A DNA stretch of 64,000 nt from Batkoa obscura (Eukaryota): positions 744,001 through 808,000 of the forward strand of contig JASVEC010000022.1 in NCBI GenBank assembly GCA_030770535.1, read 5' to 3'. The position numbers and the translations under genes were made by a program. Shown piece by piece: positions 1 to 12,437 of this stretch (positions are counted from its first letter, which is position 1; every line of letters starts with the position of its first letter). The notes beneath the pieces were generated by a model. That model saw nothing but the letters and a program-made list of their open reading frames with translations. It did no database searches and was not told where the DNA came from.

Positions 1-50
1 TTAATTTATTGTTTATAAATCAATGATATTTATTTTATTTTATTTTATAG

Positions 51-467
51 AATAAGTTTGAAGATTGTATAGATGCTTGTACTACGGCTTTGGATTTAAC
101 ACCAGGTTATAGTAAAGTACGTTTACGCAGGGCACAAGCCAATATTTCGATTGTTCTGCAGGGCGAACAAAATTTGAATCAATATGTTAACACCCCGTTG
201 CACCTTGATGAAGCTATTGAAGGTAAGTTTGTATTATACATTCTTTATAAAACATGAGCTTATACTCATTTAGATTTATCCTACTTAATGGTTCATGATG
301 TTGATTATCGTAGCGATCTTGTTCGACATGAGTATATAGCTGCAAAAGAGAAATTAAAAAGTTTATTAGAAAAAAGAAATCGAGAAGATTTCACTAAAAA
401 AACTGAAAAATCAGTGCCCAAACTTAATTTAAAGCTTTATATACATCAAGAAAATAACAAACAATAA
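51..467 (+). CDS. TPR-repeat protein, last two exons (51-222, 274-467); 5' part outside the window
   Basis: Manual splice gives NKFEDCIDACTTALDLTPGYSKVRLRRAQANI (TPR motif). Intron gtaag..tag at 223-273, stop TAA at 465-467. Confidence 0.65.
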
Positions 468-1924
468 TATCTTTATTGAAGTTTAACTTATAATGAGAAA
501 CTTTTAACGATAGTATGTTTTTGTATATAAGTTTTAAACCCTTTTAGTTCTTCCGCCTTAATTTTAATTTTATATTACTTCATGTATACCTTATATTATT
601 TTTGATATTATAAATAGTATCAATATCAATCATACCGATTCCAATGAACATGATTCATTTAATTTAGTTAGTAATGCCTCGTTTAGGAACGTTTTTTTTA
701 TTAATATAATATGATTCGCAAAAGTGTGTTTGTTTTTATTCCTTAGTAGAGCTCGATCTTAACCTTTTATTTTACAATAATGGAGTTATAATAAAAATGT
801 ATCAATTATGATTGAGTTTTATTTTTCGATTTGCCTCTTTTTCTCCTCATTTAGTTACTCTATACTTTTTTGGAGTGAATTTATCAATAATAAGCTGGTT
901 CCTAGAGTTTATTGAGAGAATAATTTTTAATGTTTACCCGTTGCCTGAAGTTAAGTAGTACACCTCTTTACTTGTAACAGCTTCTACAGTATTTTCAAAT
1001 AAATTTAATGTTTTAATATGCATATATACACATAATATTAATTTTGTATAGTAAATTGTAAGGTAAGTATTATTATATGGTATGAATATTATTTAATTAT
1101 AACTGTTTTACCAGGAATTATTAAATTTTTTTAAGTAAATCAGAAGATTTACATAAAAATAAAGATTTTGAAAAAGAAAATATTATTTAAAGAACTTTTA
1201 TAACATGATTTAATTTAATATTTGCAATAAATAAATAAATATGGATAGTATTCTAATATGCAAACTGTTTTTAAACAAAGACCATTAACAAAAGAGTGGT
1301 AGTAACAATGATAACAAAATTTTATTAATTTAAATAATTTTAATATTAAAAAACGCAACTCAAAACGAGTTAATTCTTTATTTTCCGTTCAAAAATGGGA
1401 TAAATCAGAGCATAAATAAGTAAATAAATAACTTATTTTACGTTTTAAAGCAAGAAATTAGCTTGTTTTGATAGTCTTTAATTAACATAATAGACACCCA
1501 AATTTAATATGGCTTAAACCAGAGGGAGGCTTAAATTCTTAAAAAATAAAGTTAGACATTAGCTAGGGATTAATTTGAATTGAGTCTTTTTCTTTAAAAC
1601 TCGAAATAAGTCTAGTTTTTAAAATTAAATATATAAATTGAAGTTGATTGAGTCACAATAAAATTCTGTAACCTTTTTTTTGCAATAATTAAGTCATCAG
1701 ATTAAAAACAAATAAATTGTGGATGGCTCTTGTTTTACATTGGACTTTTTTTAAACAATATAAAACAGATGTTTATTTTAGTACACTTTTTTTGTGAATA
1801 CATTTAAAGGGACACTCAAAAGATAAGGGATGTTACTTTAAGTATGTAAAGCTATAAGATAATATAGATAAATTTATCAATTATATTAGCAATGGTTTTT
1901 AGCTTGATACAAACTAAGCTATAT

Positions 1925-2023
1925 GGGAGTGTTTTTTTTGACCTGATTATTTTTCCATTTTTTAAGTGCTATTTGAGCGAAAAATTTATTAGTAAAAACT
2001 CTTAAACACAAAAATACATCCCC
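1925..2023. mobile_element. ~99-bp MITE (Sola2-linked family)
   Basis: GGG..CCC TIRs, ATAT TSD, family core aagtgctatttgag..aaa..ttagtaaa..cttaaacacaaaaatacatcccc. Confidence 0.9.
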
Positions 2024-2278
2024 ATATAGTGATTATAAGATTTATCCCAAGACTCAAAAAAACTCCTAGTCATTATTATATTTTTATATATAATAGAAAT
2101 AAATTAAATTAAAGGCTTAAAACATCTAATATTTCCATATTATGTAAAGTATAGGCATTGTTTATTATATCTGATAAAACAAATATTGCTTAAGTTATCC
2201 AAATAATTTTTAAATTTAAATTTTATATTCTTTAATGGTAAATTATTTATCTAATTTATAGGATGATAGCAAACATAT

Positions 2279-2377
2279 GGGAGTGTCTTTTTTGACTTCA
2301 TTATTTTTTCCATTTTTTAAGTGCTATTTAAGTGGAAATTTTGTTAGTAAGATTCTTAAATACAAAAATACACCCCC
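2279..2377. mobile_element. MITE copy
   Basis: Family match, ATAT TSD. Confidence 0.9.
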
Positions 2378-2726
2378 ATATGGATTTTAAAGTAGTCAAT
2401 TAAACATTATGTTTCTCATTATACAGTATACTAAAAAACATATCGCAAAAAACGTTTAACTATACAAAAAATATCTATACATACTTACTACCATTTAAAT
2501 CGAAAATCATAATAGTTTGGAAGAGTAGGTCAAAAGTCTGTAAAATGAAGGGGTTAAAGAGAGGCTGGAAATTTTTTTTAACAATTCAACTCTGTATGTG
2601 TTCTAAATAAGCTATATACAAACATTTATATTCATCAGATTATTCCTTCTTAAGATATGGTTGAAGGAAGTAGGTATTACTAACAAAACATTTGTTAACA
2701 ATTTGACTCTTGTCCTAATAAAAAAT

Positions 2727-2817
2727 GGGGATGTATTTTTTAAGAATTTATTAAAACCTTTCCACTCAAATAACGCTTGAAAAATGGAAAAAATGATGAA
2801 GCCAAAAAAATATCCCC
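2727..2817. mobile_element. MITE copy
   Basis: Family match in opposite orientation, AAAT TSD. Confidence 0.88.
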
Positions 2818-4190
2818 AAATGTTATAATGAATTACAGTGAAGTTTTGATTATATCTCAATAACGAATATTTAATTAATATTGAATTCGAAAATATAAAT
2901 CAATAGACTATACAATAAATTTGTATGAAAAAACACAAACGCTACAATTTCTACTACGTAATAACTTTGCTATACTTCTTAGGGAAGCCCTTCTAAAAGC
3001 TATAATGTTTTTTCTTTATATTTCAAAAAGTAATAATTTAATTGATTCAAAATTTTGTTTACATATTAACAATACTCTGTATAACAAATCCAAAAAAATC
3101 TTACTTCCAAGCACTTTTGATTTACTTTATATAACACAAAACTATTAAATAAAGTTTCTATAAGTGAGAATTGTATTTATTTATTTTATTACGTTAGGAA
3201 GTATAGCTAAAGCTACAAATGCCTTGAGCATTAACAAATTTAATGTCTAATGTAAAGTATTTGCTATGTTACTATCGAATCAAAATAGTCGAATAGAAGA
3301 TGGTTTTAGAAAGGCAAGGAATAATTCATTCCAGCCCTGCCTAACGTTAGTCCCACTTTCCTAAATATCAAAATAAGTTTGTATAAAACTGAATTTGAAG
3401 CACCCAGATGTATCTTATCCAGATCTGAAGCAGGTAGTTGTAAATTTAAATATTTTTCTTCAATTGGGTAATTAATTTCTTCCTCTCTCCTACTCCTTGT
3501 ATATCTTTCTTCACCCTAAACTTCCTTTCACCTAAATTTCATTTTACTCACTTTTACTTTTAATAATAACACGGCACCTGTGACTTTTCACCCTTTTAAG
3601 GTTTAAAGTAAAGTACTTGGATATTATAGATTTAGTCTAAACGGGGGTAATTTTTTTAGTATGTCATTCATTTGTTTAAAATCTTTAATGATAGTAAATT
3701 TTATCAATACAATTGTAGTTTTAAATAAAAATATGGCAAGTTAAAAATTTAATATCGTTTAAATTAAATCTATAATAGTAATTTTCATTAATAAACCAAT
3801 TAAACTTTAAATGGGAATTTTTAAAAAATGAGCTGCTTTTCAATTATTGTATATAATCTGATGCACTTAATTTTGAGTCTAATATTTTGAGCTATAGCTT
3901 GAAATTCTAGACTCTAATTTTAACTCCTAAATTTTACATAAACTTCGTCCTAACCTATTAACTAATCTTAACTAGGTAATTTTTATAGTCTTTTGGTTTC
4001 TCTTAACTTTTCTAAATTTTTATTTTGCAGTAAATTGGTTTAAACATAAGAGCATAGGTTGACTTGATATCAAATTAGCTTGATTCTTCACAATGATGCG
4101 AAAGTTTACGGGTAAAATATTGATTCTAAATTATTTAGATCAACCCATCAATTTTAAATCCTTTCTTTTTTATTTATTCAAATTTTATAA

Positions 4191-6750
4191 ATGCCCCCAG
4201 CGGTCAAAAACAGCCATAAATAACTGTTTAAAACCTAATGGGAAGCAAACATGTAAAAGGAATATGTAATAATTCAACATAGTCGGATAGTGTGATAGAA
4301 ATTTCAGATGATGAATCTGATGAAGAAAATTACGATCACATATAGTCAGGTAATATGGTAGAAATTTCTGATGAAAATCTGTAGAATAAAATCATGAGCA
4401 AATACAATCAAATACCTTTGCAAGAACTAAGAAACTTATAGCGTGTATTTGAAGATGAGCCTACAAAAGAAATTTATGGGCCAGAAACTGGAGATGATCT
4501 AACAAGGTTCATAAATGATGAATGGCGCACAACTGAAGCATGTTATTTAAAAATGCTTGATCTCTGGAATAATACTTACAATGGATAGGATGAATATTAT
4601 TTAAACATAACTAATGTAGATAAATTGGATCATTTAAATAGAATTAAAAAATTCAACCCAATTGTTGTTATTACCAGGAAGCAATTGTCGAAATTCAGCC
4701 CATTTATGTTTTATATTGATAGGATTATTGTATATTTAGAAATCCAACTACCAAATTATCTGAAAGGAAATTAAAAGCGCTTCTAATATTCACATTATTT
4801 AGCTTTGAGCTTATCTATAATGATGATTCTGGATGTGATACAAATGAAATTCAATACTTCGTTGCACCAACTAAAACCAATAAGGATATGGATGGTTTAA
4901 TCGATTGGAATGCAATAAATAAAGAACTAATCCGCCTAGTTGCCCTGACCTTAGTTAACATAGAGGGTTGATAGTTTATAATCTAGCATATAATCACGTA
5001 ATATACAAATTGAAGGGAACTAGGTATGGTCTTACTACAAGTTGAATAATACCTACAGGTAGTTGTATGAAAGGAAGTAGATATATGTCGTTTGATGGAT
5101 ACTATAGAATAGAGTTAAGCTGTGTAGTTATGGATTCAGATTGACATATATTAAAAGGAGAAAAAATAAATGTTGGGCTTGATTATTTAACTCAATACTC
5201 TAATCAAACAGTAAGGTAAGTCGGTAATGGTGTAACTTATTTATTAGAGGAGTCCGTATTGGTATATACATTATCTTCTACTTTATTTAACTTTACGACG
5301 TTACTGCCTTCCTTAATATCAAGATCAGATACCTTGGTTTCAATAAGGGAAGTTGAAGTCAAACTTCAATTGCCTAAAATATTTGATGAATGTCTACTTG
5401 AAGCATTAATATTACCATCAAGTAATAGATCAATGAGCTATAATAGATTTGTATTTTCTAGAGATGCTTTTTTTTAAATTTGATTCCTTTCATATACGCC
5501 TTTTTAAACTTTCTAGTTTCTTATGGTAATCAGATGAAATGTTGTTTTAAAACGCATAGTGATGTAAACTTATTTGAACTTCATGAGAATTTAATACTGT
5601 ATTTGTATTTCTTTCTCTATGATTTTTTTGAAGTAAATTGGTGCCCCTTTATTCTAGAAGTACAAAAAAATCTAATATTTCAAAGATTACATTTAGAATT
5701 GATAGTGAAATATTAGCAAATGTTATCGAGGCTATCCTGGCAGCTTCTTTACTATCCAGTGAAGAAGAATTAGGAATAAAATACACCCAGGTATCAGGCA
5801 TAATACCAATTGGTTATGGAAATCGAGGTATCATAAAAAATCATCTAATTTTCCGAGACGGTATTGAAAGGGCTGAAATGCTAGTTGATTTTGACATTAA
5901 CCATGTCCAATCTGTAATCGGTTATCAATTTTAATTTCCAATATTTTTAGTTGAAGCCTTTGATTTTAATAATGATACTCACCCATTTATTTTGTTATCA
6001 ACAACTTGAATTTTTAGCAACCTTGGCTTTATTTTGCTCTATTGTATCTTATGTTTTTTTGATTTCCTAGATGAACAACCTGGTATCCTTACTAACATTA
6101 AAGATATATTTACATTAGAAGGTACTTTAGATTCAATAATAATATCTCTGAATCTTTATGAGCTTGTTATTCTTGATCCTAATACTTTGATAAAAGGCAT
6201 TGGAGACTATATTAATATTTTCGAAAGGTTGAGGGATTGTAATAAAAGAAATGATCTTTTAAATTATTTTTATAATGACAGATCATTACAGCGTGCTAGT
6301 TCTGTATTAATAACAATTTTTGGAACTGTGCTTATTAACTCAAAATTTAATTTGGATGGAGTACAATATACATTTAATGAAGCCGTCAAGTTTGCTTATG
6401 ATCACTATTTTAAGTTAGATCATATCACTAAAAATCCAGAGATCCAACTTGATATATATATAAAAGTAAAAAGATGTGCAAAGCTAAGTTATTTTTATAG
6501 ACATACTATAAATACAGGAGGTATATAAACATTGATTTGTGGTATTAAGGCTCACAGCTATTTGTTTACAAGTGGAGAAGGCTATAAAACTATTAATTGA
6601 GAGGATTAACGCAGGATTAATATCACCTGAAAGGCTATAGACTTATCGCATTGAGGTTAACCTAAGGAAAAAAGTTATAGAGTAAAGTTTACAATCAAAG
6701 AAAGTTATAGAGTAAAGTTTACAATCAAAGAAAGTTTATTAGGCATCTAA
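4191..6750 (+). pseudogene. Degenerate Dicer-like gene (platform/PAZ, RNase IIIa, RNase IIIb, possible dsRBD) with many stops and frameshifts
   Basis: Motifs in Dicer order: YFVAPT..LIDW; YMSFDGYY..DSD*HIL (PAZ); YLLEESVLVY..LLPSLISR; LLEALILPSS..YNRFVFSRDAF (ERLEFLGD equivalent); ILANVIEAILAA; VIGYQF; YQQLEFLA; SVLITIFGTVLINSKF. Ends approximate. Confidence 0.8.
6671..6736 (+). repeat. 30-bp perfect tandem duplication (2 copies plus partial)
   Basis: aaagttatagagtaaagtttacaatcaaag twice, followed by aaagtt. Confidence 0.95.
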
Positions 6751-7269
6751 TTTTTACCGTATTTGCTATCAATTTATATACTAATAATAAATTTTGTATG
6801 GCCATATTTATTGAGTAAGTTTTAAGTAAATCACACTATCGAAGTAGTAGTACTATAGCTAAATCAAAATATTTCGTCAAATTTTATTGTCAAAAACATC
6901 TTTGCCATTGAATTTTCCAAGTCTATGATACTTTAAAGTTTATCCTAATATTCATTATTTTAGCATAAAAATAATTAATTTTTCAGTAGTGAATCGGTAA
7001 TCAGAAGTCCTAGTTTTAGTTAATTCCATTTTAATAGTGTTAACAATTTAATGAAAGTAAACTTTGGAGTGTCTTTTTTGCTCTAGCACTGTGCTTATTT
7101 TCTATACAATATAAAATTTTGAAAAAAGGATAATATGCTGAAATAGAAAAAAATACTTTTATAAGTTAGTCACTAGACGCACACGCTGGAACCCTATAAA
7201 AAGCTAGGTTTTCAATTAAAAGCCTAACTGGATAGCTGTTTGGAAAAAGAATAGCTGAATAGATTATAT

Positions 7270-7352
7270 GAGGGTGTATTTTTTCTATTTCTTAAAGGCT
7301 ATTTGACCGGAAAAATTGTTAGTAAAATTCTTCAACATAAAAATACATCCCC
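7270..7352. mobile_element. MITE copy (internal deletion)
   Basis: Family match, ATAT TSD. Confidence 0.85.
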
Positions 7353-7478
7353 ATATGCTTAAAATTTCAAAATTTATTAAAAGAGAGCTTTTTAAAAAAA
7401 ATGGGAATTTCTAAATTAGTTAATTAAATTAATATTTTATTTAATAAATAAATAGCATTATAATAAACTGGATACTAG

Positions 7479-10112
7479 CTAATTTAAAATTGATTGAATA
7501 TCCCTAGGTAGCAAAGCTAGTGCCTTATTGACTTGATGTTGTAGTTTATCAATATAATTAACTAAAGTAACAGGTGAAGAAGTAGAGTATTTATGCTGAC
7601 CATTAGGCGGTGTAATACGACCATTTTTAATTGAGATATTAGACTCTGACTTATTTACTGAATGTTTGGTACTATTATTATTTGCTATTGCATTATCGCC
7701 TAACTTGTTAATTTCCTCCTTTAGTTTCAGTACAAAATCTATGATTTCTACTTCCTGACAAGATAATATCAATTTCTCAATGTTTAAATTACACAATTGT
7801 TCCAAATACAATTTCCTTTCTTGCCCTTCATAAAATTGAATACGATCATGTAGCCAAGTAGCAAAGTTGCCACATCTTAAAAATTGTTTATAAATTTCTT
7901 TATTAAAACTTAACTGTGTTTTATTGTTTATAAAGATTTGTTTGTCTTCTTCAATCAATTTTAAAAATTCCTCATTCTTAAATTTATTCATATGACCTTT
8001 CTTGCCTTTGATGATATTGATGTCACTATTATTGTATTGATTATAATTCGGTGTCAACGTGGTCATGTATCGATTCAATGGCGCTAAAAAGCGCTCCGTT
8101 AATTCTCCAAAATATCTTCTCAGTTTATTATTTAAAATAGTAGCTGAACGATCTCCTTTTAATAGTGAAGTAATTAGTTGGTTAATAATTGTCTTATCTT
8201 TGACAATTAATGATTTATGGCTAGTATATACCCCTTTTGGTTTATATTTGACATTTCGACTTTTATTGGCTAAAATTGTTTTATTAAAACTCAAGTCAAC
8301 GCTTCTTTTGTTATTGTTAATACTATTAAACGTCAGGTTTTTAAATAAATTACTTCCTAGACAAAATAAGTTATAACATATTACTATTGTCTTGTTATTT
8401 TGTTACCTAATATACTATTTGATTTATTTCTATTATGATTGTTGCTACCATGGCTTGATGGTGATGTTGATGATAGAATAGGTGTTGATGTTGAAACTAC
8501 TTGAATCCAATGTGGCCAATGACTCAAAGCTTCCGTAAAATAAGGGTTTGTAACTCCTAAAATGGTATTTGTTGGTACACATTTTTTATTGACAAATGCT
8601 TTAAGATCTGGATCTTGTATTGTAATGTAAGGTCGATAATCTCCACAATATCGAATTGGTTTAATAAAATCTAACAACTCTGTTATTACATGAGAGCAAG
8701 TAGCTGGATCTGAGGCCATAACTACTATTGGCTCGCCTAACAACATTAACTCCCATAGAAGCCATAAATCTGATAATTGATCCCACCAATGTAATAATAA
8801 GCCTGGAGAAGAGCCATCTGGTACTGAAGCTAATAACTGATAAAAATAAGTAAATAAAGTTTATAATATTATCAAACCATATACTATTATTATATCATAC
8901 ATTGTTTTTGATATTAGATTATATGATACTTACATGTATTTCATTAGAGTGGTCAACACAATTTAATAATTGGCATGTCTCTAGCAATTGTAAAGTAGGA
9001 TAAGGATAACTTGGCATTTCAATTTGTAAAACAACTCCTGCGAAGGGTACTTCTAAAGTAGTTGAGTATATTGGATTGGGCCATCTTGATAAATCTTGCA
9101 TTGCTGATTCTAAAAATACTTGACTTGTTGAATCAATTTCATCCCCCAAATAATCATAATCATGATATAAAGAACCAATAATTGTTATTAAATGCGTAAA
9201 TAAGCCCACGGTACTTGACATTGGTAATGAGGTGAGTAATACAATTGATTTCTAAATGACAATAATTTGTTATCACTATACTGGTATTATTGAAATATTA
9301 TATTACCTGATAATAACCTCGGTGAACTCTGGAATCTTTTCTTTGACGAAAGTAAGCATAAGCAGTATAAAATTCTGCATCATTTTCGATTAAGTTTTTA
9401 TCTTCATCTTTATCTTTTTCTGTTAATTATAATTAACTTTTTAACATAATTAATACAAAAATAGCTTACTTATTTTATTATTGCCATTTGTATTATTATT
9501 GCTTTTTCTTACCCTAAATTGATATACCATATCACCAGTATCAAATACTCTTACATCCGGAAATGCAGAAAAGGCACTAAACTTTGTTATTATTGAATAC
9601 AGTTATTAAATAATTTAGTACATTGTTTTTAGCTCCTCTTTTGACAATTTATACTCAGGATATATTCTATCAACAGCTAAAAGCCTATTAAGTAATTTAT
9701 TAACTGCTAAGTAAATGAACTTACCTTGGCCATTTTCCAAATCAAACCTCACCTCACAAAAACAGTGGATCCAGTTTTGGCTGATGACATTATTCAAATT
9801 CCCAGTTTCACCATTCGTTTTTATACTATTCTGAATTGATTTTAATATTTTTTCATTATCTAACTCAAGTTGTTTAATACTTTGAGTTGGTGAATGTGAT
9901 TTAGACCCAGGCACTGAGCTGGTAATACTACTGTTTATTTTTATTTTGTCAACCAGTTTATTATTCATTTCCTTTCCTTGTTCATTACTAATATTATAGA
10001 TTAAACTTTCACCCTTTAAACCTGAATAATTGGTACCAAACTCTAATACTACGTTTGGTGAGTTCGGTTCCGAGTTACTCTTTTCTAATGGGTAAGCATC
10101 TTTGTAATTCAT
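7479..10112 (-). CDS. DENN-domain Rab GEF, DENND6/FAM116-like (multi-exon)
   Basis: WIHCFCEVRFDLENGQ; WELMLLGEPIVVMASDP..YCGDYRPYITIQDPD; ILGVTNPYF; LRRYFGELTERFLAPLNRY, spread over ORFs 9615-10112, 8919-9221, 8384-8746 and 7479-8294. Confidence 0.85.
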
Positions 10113-11054
10113 TGCTATCGTTAGCTATTTAATTTATTAGTAAAATAGTCAAACATAGATGAATTTAGTAAAATACTAAAATGAACTAAAAACTTACTAA
10201 CTTGTTATTAAATTTAAATAAATAGAAAAGGGAGCTAATGAAAAGATTCAACCTTTAAATTATAACCACCAAAAGAAATACTTTATTTATTTTACTAAAA
10301 ATACTTTTAATTTTGTCTATATTAATTTTAAGTATCACCTGAAGGATTTACAAATTTATCTAAATTTCCCCTCCTTACTTATTAGCCAATAAAAGCTATC
10401 TTATTAACCAATCGGTCCTGACCTTTGATTGTTCTTGATCGTGCATGATAGCTAGTTTTACTTTATTTAGACTTAATTAATTAGCTCACTTTTATAAGCT
10501 AATTTATCTGACATATTATATACATTCATCATTTTATATAGCTTTTTTTATTATCACCAATATTTAATATAATAATACTAATTCATCTATTTTATTACAC
10601 TATAGTTAAATTCAAAATAGGAATCTGTTATTAATTATTACATGATTCATTGCATAATTTTAATAAGTTAAATTTTATTTAAGCATAGTTTTAGCTTGTG
10701 TTTTGAATGCTAATATACAATTTGCTATGGTAAATAAAATAAGTTTAAGTAATAAAAGAACTTATATAAGTTAGGTAATGTTGTTATTATCAGTATCTAT
10801 TGTTCATATATTATCTGTCAATTCAATACTATTTTAATATTAATTGTTATTTATTCCTATTAAATTCATGCTTAACATCTTGAATAGCCCACTATTTTTA
10901 AGCATTAAAAAAAACAAGGGATTAACATCAACAAATAGCTCAATCGCATCCCAATCTTTTTTATTTTATTGGTTTAACATATTCCAATTGAAGGGATAAT
11001 AATAAACACACAGCAATATTCAACTTAACCTTTATTTATTTTCTAATTCAATTT

Positions 11055-12062
11055 ATGAACTATTCCAGAGATGAAGTTATTGCCAAAGAAAATGAACGCA
11101 TTTTAAACATAATCAAAAGAACGGAACCTTTTAAAGCAAGTTTCGAATCAAGGTATCAATTGGAGGATGTAAGCTTAGGGGCGGGGGCGTATGCACAAGT
11201 GTTTAAAGCTTCAATCTTGAATCAAAAGAAAAATAAGGGTCAAAATGAGAAAGAGAACAGTGTAGCCGTAAAGATTGGCTTAGGGGATGGAAATAGTAAG
11301 TTAAGTCCAAGTATGATTAGGGAGATTGCTTTAAATGTGGAGTTAGGAAAAAATCCGTATACTATTGAGTTAATCGATGTATTAGAAAGTAAAGAAAAAT
11401 TAAATTTAGTATTTGAATATATGTCTGAGGGGGATTTGAGCAAATATATTGAGCATAATAAGAAAAACATAAATTCTCAACAGATTCAATCAATTTTAAA
11501 AGCCATCTTACAAAACTTGGAGTTCAATCATAAAAATAATATTTTACACCGTGACATCAAGCCACAAAATATTCTGTTTGATCAAAATTTCAATATCAAA
11601 CTTGGAGACTATGGGTTAGCAAAAAAGGTTTTTAAAGGGTTAAATATGCCCTTATCAACTGGAGTAGTTTCCTTATGGTATCGCGCGCCTGAATTATTAC
11701 TCGGCAGCACCAACTACGACTCAAAGATCGATTTGTGGTCTGTGGGTTGTATTTTAGGTGAGCTGATCTTAGGATATCCTATGTTCCATCAGAGCAAACA
11801 AAGTAATGAGTTGATTCAGTTGGATGTCATCTATCAGGTCATGGGCACCCCTACATTTAAGTCTTGGCCCAATGTGATTCAATACCCACGTTATCTTGAG
11901 ATGAAACAATATCCATTCCATCATGGTATTAATTTGAGTAGTTTTATTCATAGCGATCCAGATATGCTTGATTTGTTGGAATCCCTTTTACATCTTGATC
12001 CTAATGGCCGTTTGACCGCTGAAGAGGCGTTGGAACATACATTTTTCAAAAGAAAGTATTAG
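11055..12062 (+). CDS. Cyclin-dependent kinase-like Ser/Thr kinase (CMGC), intronless
   Basis: GAGAYAQV, VAVK, PSMIREI (PSTAIRE-like), HRDIKPQN, DYG, VVSLWYRAPELLLG. Confidence 0.9.
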   Translation: MNYSRDEVIAKENERILNIIKRTEPFKASFESRYQLEDVSLGAGAYAQVFKASILNQKKNKGQNEKENSVAVKIGLGDGNSKLSPSMIREIALNVELGKNPYTIELIDVLESKEKLNLVFEYMSEGDLSKYIEHNKKNINSQQIQSILKAILQNLEFNHKNNILHRDIKPQNILFDQNFNIKLGDYGLAKKVFKGLNMPLSTGVVSLWYRAPELLLGSTNYDSKIDLWSVGCILGELILGYPMFHQSKQSNELIQLDVIYQVMGTPTFKSWPNVIQYPRYLEMKQYPFHHGINLSSFIHSDPDMLDLLESLLHLDPNGRLTAEEALEHTFFKRKY

Positions 12063-12160
12063 GGTTTTAGTGAGTGGGAGTAAGTTAATATGTTATAATA
12101 AAAAAGACGTTGAAAAGAAATAGCAAAGCTAATTAATTTGTTTTTAATTTTTAAAAAAAA

Positions 12161-12254
12161 TGCTCCTGGCGGGGATCGAACCCGCGACCTTCGCGTGTCT
12201 TCTGTATAATTGTTATTATAAGCACGACGCATTAAACCACTTTGCTACAGGAGC
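12161..12254 (-). tRNA. tRNA-Ile(TAT) with 20-nt intron (12197-12216)
   Basis: GCTCCTG acceptor stem pairs with CAGGAGC-A. D arm AAAGTGGTTTAA, anticodon arm TCGTG-CTTATA/A-CGCGA, T arm GGTTCGATCC. Poly-T Pol III terminator directly downstream. Confidence 0.95.
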
Positions 12255-12437
12255 CTTTCCAGTTATGATTTTAAAAGCTAAAAAATATTTAAATAGTTAA
12301 AATTTAGTGCCAAGGTTTGAGTTCCTCTTATTTTTCTTGGAACTTGATATATGACGTGACTTTTGGACAAATTAAAAGGAAGAGTATTAAATAAACTTAA
12401 TTGAAAGTCAAAGTTATCTTCAAACTTATTAATTTTA

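Noticed and set aside
650..3620. Possible gene relics on the minus strand at ~650-1010 and ~3190-3620
   Set aside because: Composition looks coding-like, but there are many stops and no recognisable motif.
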